Below, piece after piece: positions 11,668 to 21,486 of a stretch of 64,000 bases of DNA; positions within the stretch are counted from its first letter, which is position 1; every line of letters starts with the position of its first letter. The notes under the pieces were generated by a model. It had not been told where the DNA came from and ran no database searches. It saw only the letters and a program-made list of their open reading frames with translations. Origin of the DNA: Promethearchaeota archaeon (lineage in GTDB: Archaea > Asgardarchaeota > Lokiarchaeia > Sigyniarchaeales > SOKP01); the NCBI GenBank assembly GCA_019058445.1, contig JAHPZA010000006.1, forward strand, positions 192,001 to 256,000, given 5' to 3'. The position numbers were made by a program, and so were the translations under genes.

Positions 11668-12072
11668 CTAGAAGTGATGATGATGGTCATGATCATCATC
11701 GGCATCAGTATGTATCTTCCCAACTCCAAAACCTTTACCCTGCCCAGGAGCACAAAGACTTTCCCCTCCTTCCAACGTTCCATCGATAATTTTCTGAATA
11801 ACATTATCAACCTTTCCTGTTACGCCCATAATTACCTCTATCCCGTATTGCTGAAAAAATCCTACTGCTCGATGTCCCATACCCCCGGTAATTATATGAG
11901 ATGCTCCTTGCTCATTAATAAACTGAGGAATACTACCTACGCTATGTCCCGGATTAGGAAGAACTTCTTTAGCTACTACCTTATTATCCTCAAAGCTTAC
12001 AAAAGTAAATTCTGGTGCCCTTCCAAAATGAGGACAGACTTCATTTGACTCTGTACTTATAGCAACTTTCAT
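11668..12072 (-). CDS. NifB/NifX (MTH1175/ORP-like) protein with His-rich tail
   Basis: KVAIST..VCPHFGRAPEF, IITGGMG; C-terminal DDDHDHHHHF. Confidence 0.88.
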   Translation of the reverse strand: MKVAISTESNEVCPHFGRAPEFTFVSFEDNKVVAKEVLPNPGHSVGSIPQFINEQGASHIITGGMGHRAVGFFQQYGIEVIMGVTGKVDNVIQKIIDGTLEGGESLCAPGQGKGFGVGKIHTDADDDHDHHHHF

Positions 12073-12136
12073 TTTAATCACTCTTTTTTTTATTAGTCCC
12101 TAATAAATTATATGAATTTTAATATTTTAAATTTTA

Positions 12137-12150
12137 TGAATAATTATTCA
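12137..12150. promoter_or_regulatory. Palindromic operator TGAATAATTATTCA (exact) in the divergent NifX promoter
   Basis: Perfect 14-bp palindrome that recurs elsewhere in the window. Confidence 0.8.
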
Positions 12151-12204
12151 AATTTAAATTTGATAATTAATTATTATAATACAAAAGAAAATGGAATTTA
12201 AAAA

Positions 12205-12585
12205 ATGAATAAAGTTATTGGGATTCCTTCAGATGGTCCTGAATTATCGGATAATATTTCTGAACATTTTGGACATGCAAAATATTTTGTTGGAATTGAA
12301 ATAGATATGAATAATAATTATATCAAGTTATTTTCTCTGCGCAATGACGGCCATGCGAGTTGCATGGAGCCTGTTATGAATATGAAAAATAGAAAAGTAA
12401 CGGATATGATTATCGGAGGTATCGGAGGCCGCCCTTACATGGGATTTCTGCAAGTTGGCATTAATCTCTATCAAGGGATATATGGAACACTAAAGGATAA
12501 TGTTGAGTGTTTATTAGGGGGTAAATTAAAACCATTAGCTGGAGCGAGCTGTGGAGATAATTCCCCTCATCAGCATAATCAATAA
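12205..12585 (+). CDS. NifB/NifX (MTH1175-like) protein
   Basis: IGIPS..ISEHFGHAKYF, IIGGIGGRP. Confidence 0.85.
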   Translation: MNKVIGIPSDGPELSDNISEHFGHAKYFVGIEIDMNNNYIKLFSLRNDGHASCMEPVMNMKNRKVTDMIIGGIGGRPYMGFLQVGINLYQGIYGTLKDNVECLLGGKLKPLAGASCGDNSPHQHNQ

Positions 12586-12636
12586 TAATAAAATGAAAAT
12601 ACAACACAAAAAGCAAAAAAAAGAGGTTAGAAAAAA

Positions 12637-13107
12637 ATGGTAATAGTGGCTGTACCATCTTTCGGAGATGGTGGATTAAATTCATTCATGAACCCTCGAT
12701 TTGGACGTTGTGACACATTTACGTTTATAACAATCGAGAACAACTCCATTAAGGAAGTAAAAGCGGTAAGTAATATGGCGGCAAATGCTATGGGAGGCGC
12801 TGGGATTCAAGCAGTTCAGACGATAGGAAACTATGGGGCTACGGAAGTAATTGTGGGAAACTTAGGACCTAATGCGGCTCAATCATTAGCGGCGTCTAAT
12901 TTTAAGATTCATCAAGCCCCTAATGAACAACTAACTATAAAAAATCTGATTGAATTATATATTGAAGGCAAATTACAAACAATCAGCGGAGCTACTGTAG
13001 CATCTCATTATGGAATGAGTGGTAGCGGCAGAGGAATGGGTGGTGGCGGAGGCCGAGGTATGGGAGGCGGACGCGGCATGGGAGGAGGTCAAGGTCGTCG
13101 GTTCTAA
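12637..13107 (+). CDS. NifB/NifX (MTH1175/ORP-like) protein with Gly/Arg/Met tail
   Basis: PRFGRCDTF, GGAGIQAVQ, GNLGPNA; GRGMGGG repeats. Confidence 0.9.
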   Translation: MVIVAVPSFGDGGLNSFMNPRFGRCDTFTFITIENNSIKEVKAVSNMAANAMGGAGIQAVQTIGNYGATEVIVGNLGPNAAQSLAASNFKIHQAPNEQLTIKNLIELYIEGKLQTISGATVASHYGMSGSGRGMGGGGGRGMGGGRGMGGGQGRRF

Positions 13108-13158
13108 TGGAATGTCTTTAAAATTAAGTAATATTTAAATTTAGTGTCGCGGAAAAAA

Positions 13159-14079
13159 ATGGAAAAAAGACCAAAAGTGATATGTGTTACCGGAGGTAAG
13201 GGTGGTACTGGGAAAACTTTGGTTGCAGTAAATATCGCTACGATGTTTAAGAATGAGGGTAAAAAAGTTTTATTAATTGATGGAGATGTAGAAAATCCTA
13301 ACACTTATTTATTGTTAGGTGGCACACTCGAAAATAAAGAAGCGGTTCCTTTTTTTAAGCCGAAAATAAATGAGGAAAAATGTACGAAATGTGGTTTATG
13401 TGCTGAAAATTGTGCTCCTCATGCACTATTGCACATAAAAGATGCCTATCCAGTTCCAATATTAGCAGTGTGTTCTGGTTGTAGATTATGTTATAAAATT
13501 TGTCCAGTCGGTGCAATTGAAGAAGATTATACCACAGTTGGTTGGACCTATTCTACGAAATTAAACGATATTTCGCTTTTAGTGGGAGAGCTAAAGCCCA
13601 CTGAAGCACGTTCAGCATCAATAGTAGAAGTCCTTATGGAAAAACTTACTAAAATTATGGAAGAGGAGCCTACTAAATACGAGATAGTCATTTTAGATAC
13701 GGCTCCTGGTGCTCATTGTGATGTCGAATTACTTATTGGTATGGCAGATAAGGTAATTCCGGTAACGGAACCTACCAAATTTGGAAAATTGGATCTGCTC
13801 AGGATCATAGAGCTGATTAAGCTATTAAACAAAGATTTTCGAGCAATTATAAATAGATCCTCATTATTGGGATATAGAGATCAATTTTTAAAGGAATTAG
13901 AAGAGAGCAATATAGAGATGTTGGGTGATATCCCCTTAGATGATGATATCGTAAATTCCTATTGTTTAGGGAAACCGCTCATGGATGATACAAGTGAATT
14001 TAAAGGGGGAGCAGGATATAACTCATTTCAAAAAATATTTGAAAATTTAGAACTATGGTTGAATTCAAAGGGGGATTAA
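13159..14079 (+). CDS. MinD-family P-loop ATPase with inserted 2x[4Fe-4S] ferredoxin (COG1149)
   Basis: GGKGGTGKT, DGDVENPN, CTKCGLCAENC, CSGCRLCYKICP, TEPT. Confidence 0.9.
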   Translation: MEKRPKVICVTGGKGGTGKTLVAVNIATMFKNEGKKVLLIDGDVENPNTYLLLGGTLENKEAVPFFKPKINEEKCTKCGLCAENCAPHALLHIKDAYPVPILAVCSGCRLCYKICPVGAIEEDYTTVGWTYSTKLNDISLLVGELKPTEARSASIVEVLMEKLTKIMEEEPTKYEIVILDTAPGAHCDVELLIGMADKVIPVTEPTKFGKLDLLRIIELIKLLNKDFRAIINRSSLLGYRDQFLKELEESNIEMLGDIPLDDDIVNSYCLGKPLMDDTSEFKGGAGYNSFQKIFENLELWLNSKGD

Positions 14080-14081
14080 GA

Positions 14082-15020
14082 ATGGATAAGCAAAAAAGAA
14101 GTGTTGGAATTATTTCAGGCAAAGGAGGTGTAGGAAAGACGTCACTTACGGCATCATTAACGAATTTAACAAAGGATGACCTTGAAATTAATTCAATCGT
14201 ATTAGATTGCGATGTTGATGCTCCAAATTTAGCGTTAATTCTCCCAGTTGAATCAAATGAACAAGTAGAAACTATTGATACCTACACGACTTTAAAAGCT
14301 ACGTTCATTGAAGATAAATGTGTTCATTGCAAACAATGTATCGATGAGAAGTTTTGTGAATTTCACGCTTTAAAGTGGGATGAGGAAAATCAAATTCCAG
14401 AAGTTGATTATTTAGCCTGTGAAGGTTGTGGAGCTTGTAAAGTTTTATGTCCGGAACATGCATTTACCATAAATACGGTAAAAAGCGGTGAGATGATTCA
14501 TTACTTATCAGATATTGGAGTTCCTCTCATCTATGGGAAAACCAGACTCGGTAGTACCACGTCAGGCAAATTAGTTTCAGACGTAAAGGAATTTGCATCA
14601 AAAATCGATAATTTTGACAACTACAACTTGATTTTAATCGATGGGCCTCCTGGTATTGGATGTCCGGTGATAGCTACGGTTTCAGGATTGGATTTCATAA
14701 TTGCCATAACTGAACCAACCCCCTCTGGTCTGCATGATCTAATTCGAGCTATTGAGGTTGTACAGCAATTTAAAATCCCTTTTGGAATTGTGATTAATAA
14801 ATATGACTTGAAAAGTCCATTTCAAGACCAATTCAAAAAATTTATCGACGATACTGGTTATAATATTTTAGGAAGAATTCCTTATGATTTAGCAATTCCT
14901 AAGGCAATGTCATTTGCAAAAACTGTCGTAGAACATGCCCCAGATTCTAAAGCAAGCTTAGCAATTAAAGAGATTTATAACAATCTGAAGAATCTGTTAT
15001 GGAATGATACGACTCAATAA
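14082..15020 (+). CDS. Second COG1149 ferredoxin-containing P-loop ATPase
   Basis: SGKGGVGKT, DCDVDAPN, CEGCGACKVLCP, DGPPGIGCP, TEPTPSGLHD. Confidence 0.9.
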   Translation: MDKQKRSVGIISGKGGVGKTSLTASLTNLTKDDLEINSIVLDCDVDAPNLALILPVESNEQVETIDTYTTLKATFIEDKCVHCKQCIDEKFCEFHALKWDEENQIPEVDYLACEGCGACKVLCPEHAFTINTVKSGEMIHYLSDIGVPLIYGKTRLGSTTSGKLVSDVKEFASKIDNFDNYNLILIDGPPGIGCPVIATVSGLDFIIAITEPTPSGLHDLIRAIEVVQQFKIPFGIVINKYDLKSPFQDQFKKFIDDTGYNILGRIPYDLAIPKAMSFAKTVVEHAPDSKASLAIKEIYNNLKNLLWNDTTQ

Positions 15021-15032
15021 TTTTTTTTCTTT

Positions 15033-15452
15033 TTATATAATTTCTCGTTCAAAATAGTAGACATTTTCTGAATCACATTTCACACATTTCACTTTTTTTC
15101 CTCTTGATGCCGATCTATCTTCCCAGATATGATCACAGTTCCAGCATCCATATCCAATGAAACTAAGCTTATAATCAATATTACCACCATGTACCCTGAT
15201 TTCTTTCCCTTCGATTAACGCTTGAGTTATTTTTTGGTGAGAAATTTCAAGGATGCGCGAAAATGTGGGCTGACTTATCCCCATACTATCTGCTGCTCTT
15301 TCTTGAGTTAATTTACTATAATGTTTAAGGCGCATGGCCTCGAACTCTGCGAGCGTTAACACAATACAGTTCTCCATTTGAGGGTGAGTACCTGTAAAAT
15401 ACGCATTATTAGGTGGCTTAAATACCCATCTTCGACGAGTCCTTCTTCCCAT
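15033..15452 (-). CDS. DUF134 (UPF0251) HTH protein with C-terminal Cys4 ribbon
   Basis: MGRRTRRR, EFEAMRL..LTQERAADSMGISQPTFSRIL, CWNCDH...CVKCDS. Confidence 0.88.
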   Translation of the reverse strand: MGRRTRRRWVFKPPNNAYFTGTHPQMENCIVLTLAEFEAMRLKHYSKLTQERAADSMGISQPTFSRILEISHQKITQALIEGKEIRVHGGNIDYKLSFIGYGCWNCDHIWEDRSASRGKKVKCVKCDSENVYYFEREII

Positions 15453-15509
15453 ACTAAATCATTTGAAAATTGTCTACTATCTATCTTTAATTATATCTTA
15501 CACTTGTTA

Positions 15510-15523
15510 ATAATAATTATTCA
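15510..15523. promoter_or_regulatory. Degenerate operator ATAATAATTATTCA upstream of the DUF134 gene
   Basis: 12/14 match to TGAATAATTATTCA. Confidence 0.55.
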
Positions 15524-15634
15524 AAATTAATAAAAAAGTTGTCCTTTAAAACTTCTTCCTAAAAAAGATATTTTGAGGGACTCTTTTGGTTTTCATTCTA
15601 AAAGTAAAAAGTATAAAAAAAAAAGAAAATAATT

Positions 15635-16135
15635 TTATTTTCTTATTTGTACTTTAGGTTTAATTTCCGATGCTCCTCCGAAGTTGGTAATAACTGGACA
15701 ATGAGTTAATACTTTATCCATTAACTCATTAATTTTTTCTTCTGGCGCATCTGCTTTAATTCTTATTACTGGTTCGAGTTTGTCATAACCGGGTAATTTT
15801 GAATCATCAATTCCAAAAATAGCACCGAGATTGATATGACCTCGGGAGAAAACTTCAAGTTCCTCAAGCTTGATATCCATTATTTTTGCCCAAAATTTGG
15901 TTACTGCAATAATACAGGCTCCAATTGATCCCAATATTGCTAAAAGTGGAGAGGGCCCCTCATCGGTTCCGTCTAATCCTCCAGGAGCATCTATTGTCAT
16001 TACATGTGGTTTTGCTCCCATCGTTACCTTGCATTGCATTCCCTTATCAAGCATTTCACATTTTACATTGAAATTCTTCTCTCCTGCATTCCAATCAGCC
16101 TTTATGGCTTCATAGGTTTCTTTAAAACTTGGCAT
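15635..16135 (-). CDS. OsmC/Ohr-family protein
   Basis: DAPGGLDGTDEGPSPL..GAC and HCPV Cys pair. Confidence 0.85.
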   Translation of the reverse strand: MPSFKETYEAIKADWNAGEKNFNVKCEMLDKGMQCKVTMGAKPHVMTIDAPGGLDGTDEGPSPLLAILGSIGACIIAVTKFWAKIMDIKLEELEVFSRGHINLGAIFGIDDSKLPGYDKLEPVIRIKADAPEEKINELMDKVLTHCPVITNFGGASEIKPKVQIRK

Positions 16136-16227
16136 ATTTTTTCACTTTTCTTGTTTTTAAAGAGTTTTACTAATTAAGAATATTTATTCTTAATAATTTA
16201 TTAAAATGAATTTTGATATTTAAATAT

Positions 16228-16243
16228 ATGAATAATTATTCAT
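16228..16243. promoter_or_regulatory. Operator ATGAATAATTATTCAT (perfect 16 bp) upstream of the OsmC-like gene
   Basis: Exact palindrome next to TATTTAAATA. Confidence 0.8.
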
Positions 16244-16409
16244 TTCCATTTTATGTAAGACAAAGCTAAGGTAGCCTTCATTTTTATATGAATTAAGGAT
16301 CAGATTATTACTTAATTACTCAGAGAATTGTAAAGAAAAATCAATAAATTAAGGGTGTAATCAAATATCATAAAAATTTTCTTAGATTATTCAAAATAAG
16401 TTCTGATAA

Positions 16410-18842
16410 TTATTTCTTAATTCTTAATCTATTTCTCTCGATTAAATTTCTTATTTCTTCAATTAAGGCTTCTGATAATTCAGTCTGACTAATACCAAAA
16501 GTTTCTAATTTAGTAAGATTTCCTAAATCTTCAATGTGAGAAATTGGATTTGTGCTTATACTTAAGTTTCTTAAATTTGAGAGTTTTTCAAGCCCATTTA
16601 TTTGTTTAATATTATTGTCTGAGAGATTTAAATTCTCAAGATTAATCAGATTCTCAACATTTATTTTAATTATCTTAGTTCTCCTTATCATTAGACTCTT
16701 TAAACTTACTAGATACCTAAGTCCAATAATTTTAGATAAATTGTTACCAACTAAACTAAGATGTTTTAAATACCGAAGTGATTTGAAAATTTTAAAAGTT
16801 CTCAAGTTATTACTGTTTATTGATAAAGAGGATAAATTAGGAAATAGCTCAAAAATCTTCTTTTCAAGATAGTCTATATTATTTATTGATAAATAGATAA
16901 TCTTTCCATTTAGGGATCTAAATTTAAAACTATATTGTGTTCTTCTCGCTCCATATTTTAAAAATTCTAATCCTATTGCCTCTTCCAATGATAGAAAATA
17001 GTCTTTTAAGTTTTTATTAACAAATTTAAGAGCTTTATTTTTATCTCTTAACTCACATTTTATATGATATAAATCGCAAAAAAAATTCCAGAGTTTATTA
17101 AATTTAGAATTTATTTCTGATAATGTATATTGTTTTCGGCCAATTGTATTATCTTCCTTAATATCTTCTACAAAAGGTTTATAAGAGTATGTTTCAAGAT
17201 GAGTATCCCCCAGAACAATGTGAGCGGACCAATTAGGGGCCTCTGTTGTCCTTTTATATCGAGAACTTAAATTCGATGGTATTTCACTAACTAAATTATC
17301 TAACATTTCGATATGATGTCCTTTGATGTCTTCAGGAATTTCTTCAATCTCATTATTATTTAACGTTAATACAGCTAATTTAGTCATTTCTTTTATTGCT
17401 TCAGGGATTTTTTTTATATAATTATTATCTAAATGTAGATGTCCAACAGAGGTAAGATTTCTAATTGAGTCCGGAATTTCCGAAATTCTATTATTGCTCA
17501 GCGAAAGCCAACTTAGTGAGTTAAGATTGCCTAGACAAGCTGGTATAAATTCAATTTCATTATTGTCAAAACTTAAATGATTTAAAAATTTAAACTTACA
17601 AATAAATTCGGGTATAATTTTGAGGGAATTATTACTTAAAGCCAACTCTGTAAGCATATGAAGGTTCTTTAAAGACATTGGCAAATTTTTGATTTTATTT
17701 CCACTAAAATTTAATTTTTTTAATGTTTTAAGATTTCCAATCCATTCTGGAATTTCTTTTAAGATATTCCCTCCAAAATTTAAAATTTCAAGAGATTTAA
17801 GCGATTTAATTTTTTCTGGAATTTTATCTATAAGATTCCCACCGATGTCCAGATTTATTATTGATTTAATATTGCTAATTGATTCTGGAATTTCCTGAAT
17901 TTGGTTGCCACTTAAATTTAAACTCCTTAAATTAATAAGGTTTCCTATAGATTCTGGAATCTTTGCGATTTTATTTTCAAGAAGAATCAACTCCTTAAGT
18001 GATGTGAGTTTTCCAATCGATTCTGGAATTACGCCAATATTATTTGTAAATATTTCGAATTTTTCAAGAGAAATGAGCCCACCTATTGATTCCGGGATGG
18101 TTCGAATCCTATTTATCCCTAGGAATAGATACTTCAATTTCTTTAACTCTCCAATTGATTCTGGAATCATCTCTAAGGTACAACCTATCATGGAGATCTC
18201 CTCTAAATGATTTAATTGCCCGATACTTTCGGGAATAAAATGAAACTCGTATTGATCGCTGTGAGGCGCAAAATAAAAGCCTGTTATGTGCCCATCACGG
18301 CTTAACTTGTAATCGTACCACCCATCTTTAAATCGGAGGTCCTCATCACAAGTAGCTTTTTCCAATTTGCTCCCGTAGGCTTTTTCCATTAAAACCAGTA
18401 CAAACGCATCATCATAGAAAAGCCCATCATCTACATACTCTTGGATGCTTCCCTCTATTCTTGAGTAAAGTTCTTCTTTATAACCATCAAGTAAAGGATT
18501 TTTTGACCTCCAAATTAGATCAAATACCATAACAGGAAAATAATCTCTGCGATCAAGCGATTTTATCAGGGACAAGAACTTTTTAGGGAAATCTCTAAGC
18601 AGCCATTTTACGGTACGGATTCTTATTGCGGTATTCCAGTCTGTTAAAAATGTTTTTTCCAAGAATTTAAAAATCTCTTCATTTTTAACACCTAAACTTT
18701 CTAAAATCTTGAAAGCATCTTCTCTGAGATATTCATTAGGTTTATTTTCGATGATATGGATTAATGAATTAATTAACGCTTCCTTGTCCAACTTACCTTC
18801 TTGAAAACGTTTTAAAATCTCAGCTGGATTTATTATTGTCAT
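16410..18842 (-). CDS. Leucine-rich repeat protein with a HEAT-like N-terminus and two LRR blocks
   Basis: About 13 IPESIGxLxxLxxLxLxxNxI repeats, then SDS22-like IxGLExLxNL repeats. Confidence 0.9.
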   Translation of the reverse strand: MTIINPAEILKRFQEGKLDKEALINSLIHIIENKPNEYLREDAFKILESLGVKNEEIFKFLEKTFLTDWNTAIRIRTVKWLLRDFPKKFLSLIKSLDRRDYFPVMVFDLIWRSKNPLLDGYKEELYSRIEGSIQEYVDDGLFYDDAFVLVLMEKAYGSKLEKATCDEDLRFKDGWYDYKLSRDGHITGFYFAPHSDQYEFHFIPESIGQLNHLEEISMIGCTLEMIPESIGELKKLKYLFLGINRIRTIPESIGGLISLEKFEIFTNNIGVIPESIGKLTSLKELILLENKIAKIPESIGNLINLRSLNLSGNQIQEIPESISNIKSIINLDIGGNLIDKIPEKIKSLKSLEILNFGGNILKEIPEWIGNLKTLKKLNFSGNKIKNLPMSLKNLHMLTELALSNNSLKIIPEFICKFKFLNHLSFDNNEIEFIPACLGNLNSLSWLSLSNNRISEIPDSIRNLTSVGHLHLDNNYIKKIPEAIKEMTKLAVLTLNNNEIEEIPEDIKGHHIEMLDNLVSEIPSNLSSRYKRTTEAPNWSAHIVLGDTHLETYSYKPFVEDIKEDNTIGRKQYTLSEINSKFNKLWNFFCDLYHIKCELRDKNKALKFVNKNLKDYFLSLEEAIGLEFLKYGARRTQYSFKFRSLNGKIIYLSINNIDYLEKKIFELFPNLSSLSINSNNLRTFKIFKSLRYLKHLSLVGNNLSKIIGLRYLVSLKSLMIRRTKIIKINVENLINLENLNLSDNNIKQINGLEKLSNLRNLSISTNPISHIEDLGNLTKLETFGISQTELSEALIEEIRNLIERNRLRIKK

Positions 18843-19006
18843 CTATTATAAAATTATAAACCTAAATATTTAAATCTCTCTAATTTTACTCAAGATTTTT
18901 CAAAGATATATATGCTTTCTATCTAAAATCTTTCGAGATTTTTACTTAGCGTTAAATACCATGAATCTATACTCTTTTCCTCGTACATTTTTCGGTGTTA
19001 GATTTT

Positions 19007-19020
19007 TGAATGATTATGCG
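19007..19020. promoter_or_regulatory. Degenerate operator TGAATGATTATGCG upstream of mrp
   Basis: 11/14 match to the consensus, directly before TTTTAAT. Confidence 0.4.
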
Positions 19021-19087
19021 AAATTTTTAATCTGATGTTTAATTCATGTTAAATATACTTAAATGATTTGAAAAAGGTTGAATAGGA

Positions 19088-19939
19088 ATGGGAAATGAAG
19101 AAGTCACAGAAGAATCGGTAAAGAAGGCAATGTTAGATGAGCGAATGCAAAATATCAAAACAAATATGGAAAAAATTAAACATAAAATCGTCATTATATC
19201 TGGGAAAGGAGGAGTTGGAAAGACTACTGTAGCCGTAAATCTTGCCATGAGCTTAGCCAGCGTTGGTTTAAGAGTAGGGATATTAGATGTTGATATCACG
19301 GGACCTAACGTAATAAAGATGTTAGGAATAAGTCCTGAATTAAAACCAAGTGTCGATGCCGAAGCGAAAAAATTTTATCCGGTTATTGGTCCGTTAAACA
19401 TGAAGGTAATGAGCATGGCATTGTTAACATTAAATCCAGACGAGCCGGTTATTTGGAGAGGGCCAATGAAAATGGGAGTGGTTCGACAATTTTTAGGCGA
19501 TGCGGTATGGGATGAGTTGGATTACTTGATATGTGATTTACCACCAGGTACGTCTGATGAAACCTTGGATATTTTGCAATTAATTCCAGATGAGAATGTA
19601 ATTGTAGTCACTACCCCTCAAGAAGTCGCCTTAATGGATGCTCGTAAAACTATCAAAATGTCAATGGTCATGGAAAGAAACGTGCTCGGAATAATTGAAA
19701 ACATGTCTGGATTTAAATGTCCTCACTGTGGTAAATATATTGATCTTTATCCTCCTGGTGGTGCTGAAAAGGCTGCGAAAGATTTTAAAGTGCTTTTATT
19801 AGGAAAAATACCTTTTGAAGTGGAGCTGGGAATCCAAGGAGATAGAGGGTTACCATTTGTAATTAAAAATCCAGATAGTGAAAGTGCAAAAGCGTTCAAG
19901 CAAGTTGTAAAACAGATTCAGGAAATAGTGGAAAATTAA
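19088..19939 (+). CDS. mrp: Mrp/NBP35/ApbC Fe-S cluster carrier ATPase
   Basis: SGKGGVGKTT, IWRGPM, DLPPGTSD, ENMSGFKCPHC. Confidence 0.93.
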   Translation: MGNEEVTEESVKKAMLDERMQNIKTNMEKIKHKIVIISGKGGVGKTTVAVNLAMSLASVGLRVGILDVDITGPNVIKMLGISPELKPSVDAEAKKFYPVIGPLNMKVMSMALLTLNPDEPVIWRGPMKMGVVRQFLGDAVWDELDYLICDLPPGTSDETLDILQLIPDENVIVVTTPQEVALMDARKTIKMSMVMERNVLGIIENMSGFKCPHCGKYIDLYPPGGAEKAAKDFKVLLLGKIPFEVELGIQGDRGLPFVIKNPDSESAKAFKQVVKQIQEIVEN

Positions 19940-20008
19940 TTATATATGCATTCTTTTCATTCACAAATAATCAATAGATTAAAGAATGCCTAAAAAGTTC
20001 AAGATTTC

Positions 20009-20449
20009 ATGTCTGAAGAGGATTTTGATGAGTTTGTAAAAAAACTTCAAAAAGAAATAATCAATAAAGAATTAGAGGATTATAATGAGTACGTTGTCAA
20101 TTTATTTCATAATCCAAAAAATTGGGGCAAACCTCCTGACGAAGAGATAACTACTTGGCATGCTTATGAAGGTCCTTGTGGAGATACAATGCAATTCTTC
20201 TTAAAAATAAGTAATGATATCATTGAAAAAGCCAGTTTTATTACAGACGGATGTGGAGCGACAGTGGCTGCTGGAAGCCAAACTACACTCATGATTGAGG
20301 GAAAGTCTATTGATTTTGCTGAAAGCTTAGTTCCAGAGGACATTGACAAAGCCTTAAAAGGATTACCCGATGATCATAAACATTGCGCAGAATTGGCTAT
20401 AAGAACTTTACATCGTTCTATAGAAAATTACAAATCTAAGTGGTTGTAG
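20009..20449 (+). CDS. IscU/NifU-N-like Fe-S scaffold protein
   Basis: FHNPKNWG, GPCGDTM, TDGCG, LPDDHKHCA. Confidence 0.9.
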   Translation: MSEEDFDEFVKKLQKEIINKELEDYNEYVVNLFHNPKNWGKPPDEEITTWHAYEGPCGDTMQFFLKISNDIIEKASFITDGCGATVAAGSQTTLMIEGKSIDFAESLVPEDIDKALKGLPDDHKHCAELAIRTLHRSIENYKSKWL

Positions 20450-20547
20450 TTGAACCAATATAACTGGTTTTTTTTCTATTAAAGTAATATTGGATCATTT
20501 AGTAAGAAAATTTTTTAAATTCACCTAACTTTTTCATAAAGCTAACG

Positions 20548-21486
20548 ATGAAATACGTATATGGTCCTGTACCGAGTAGAAGATTAGGAAAATCCTTAGG
20601 CATTGACCTTCTTCCATCAAAAACGTGTAATTTCCAATGCGTCTATTGTCAGTTAGGGAAAACAACACATTTTACGAACACACGGACGAATTTTTTTCCA
20701 AAGGAAGAAGTTATGGGTGAAATCAGAACAGCTATTAATCAATTTGAAAGTGAAACGGATTATATTACGTTTGTAGGGAGTGGAGAACCTACCTTATATA
20801 AAGATCTTGAAGATTTGATTGTATTTACGAAAGAAGTATCAAAAAGGCCTATATGCGTTATTACTAATGGTGCATTATTATATGATCCGGAGGTTCGCAA
20901 TGCCCTCATGCTTGCTGATGTTGTCTTACCAAGTTTAGATGCGGGGAATGAAAAACTATTTATTAAAATCAACAGACCTCACCCCTCTATTAAATTTGAT
21001 GAGATGATTCAAGGATTTCAAGATTTCCGGAAGAAATTCAAGGGGAAATTTTGGATTGAAGTCATGCTAATGAAAGGGATTAATGATTCTAAAAGCCAGT
21101 TATTAGAATTAAAAGAAAAAATCGATGTATTAATGCCAGATAGGATTGATATAAATGTACCTATACGACCCCCCGCAGAAAAATGGGTCGAGCTTCCAGA
21201 TAAGAACATTTTATCACTACTGAATGAGGTTTTCGGAGAATATTCAGACATTCACTTTCCCGAGATGGGAAAATTTTATTTATATTCTACGGATTTTGAA
21301 AAAGAATTCCTTTCCATCATCGAAAGGCATCCCATGAGACAGGATCAAATTATAGAAACCTTTCGCTCTCAGAGTCTAAACCAAGAAGAAATTATTCAGC
21401 GCTTAAAAGCTCTTGAAGAGCAAAAAAAAATTGAAAACATATTCTATAACAACCAGATCTTTTGGAGGTTACGAGTTAAAAAATGA
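20548..21486 (+). CDS. Radical SAM Fe-S protein (COG0731)
   Basis: YGPVPSRRLGKSLGID, CNFQCVYC, GSGEPTL. Confidence 0.9.
   Translation: MKYVYGPVPSRRLGKSLGIDLLPSKTCNFQCVYCQLGKTTHFTNTRTNFFPKEEVMGEIRTAINQFESETDYITFVGSGEPTLYKDLEDLIVFTKEVSKRPICVITNGALLYDPEVRNALMLADVVLPSLDAGNEKLFIKINRPHPSIKFDEMIQGFQDFRKKFKGKFWIEVMLMKGINDSKSQLLELKEKIDVLMPDRIDINVPIRPPAEKWVELPDKNILSLLNEVFGEYSDIHFPEMGKFYLYSTDFEKEFLSIIERHPMRQDQIIETFRSQSLNQEEIIQRLKALEEQKKIENIFYNNQIFWRLRVKK

Noticed and set aside
11674-12048. ORF starting MMMMVM, and the many other short ORFs overlapping or antisense to real genes
   Set aside because: Shadow frames of well-supported genes; this one is the reverse complement of the His-rich tail
15541-15581. 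Imperfect hairpin downstream of the OsmC-like gene as a SECIS element
   Set aside because: No in-frame TGA in the neighbouring genes, and the pairing is better on the non-coding strand
16265-16280. AAGGTAGCCTT as a DtxR/MntR box
   Set aside because: Only 4-bp arms and a single occurrence
11668-20449. Nitrogen fixation, suggested by the NifX/NifU-like genes
   Set aside because: No nifH/D/K/E/N in the window; these families are widespread in non-diazotrophs
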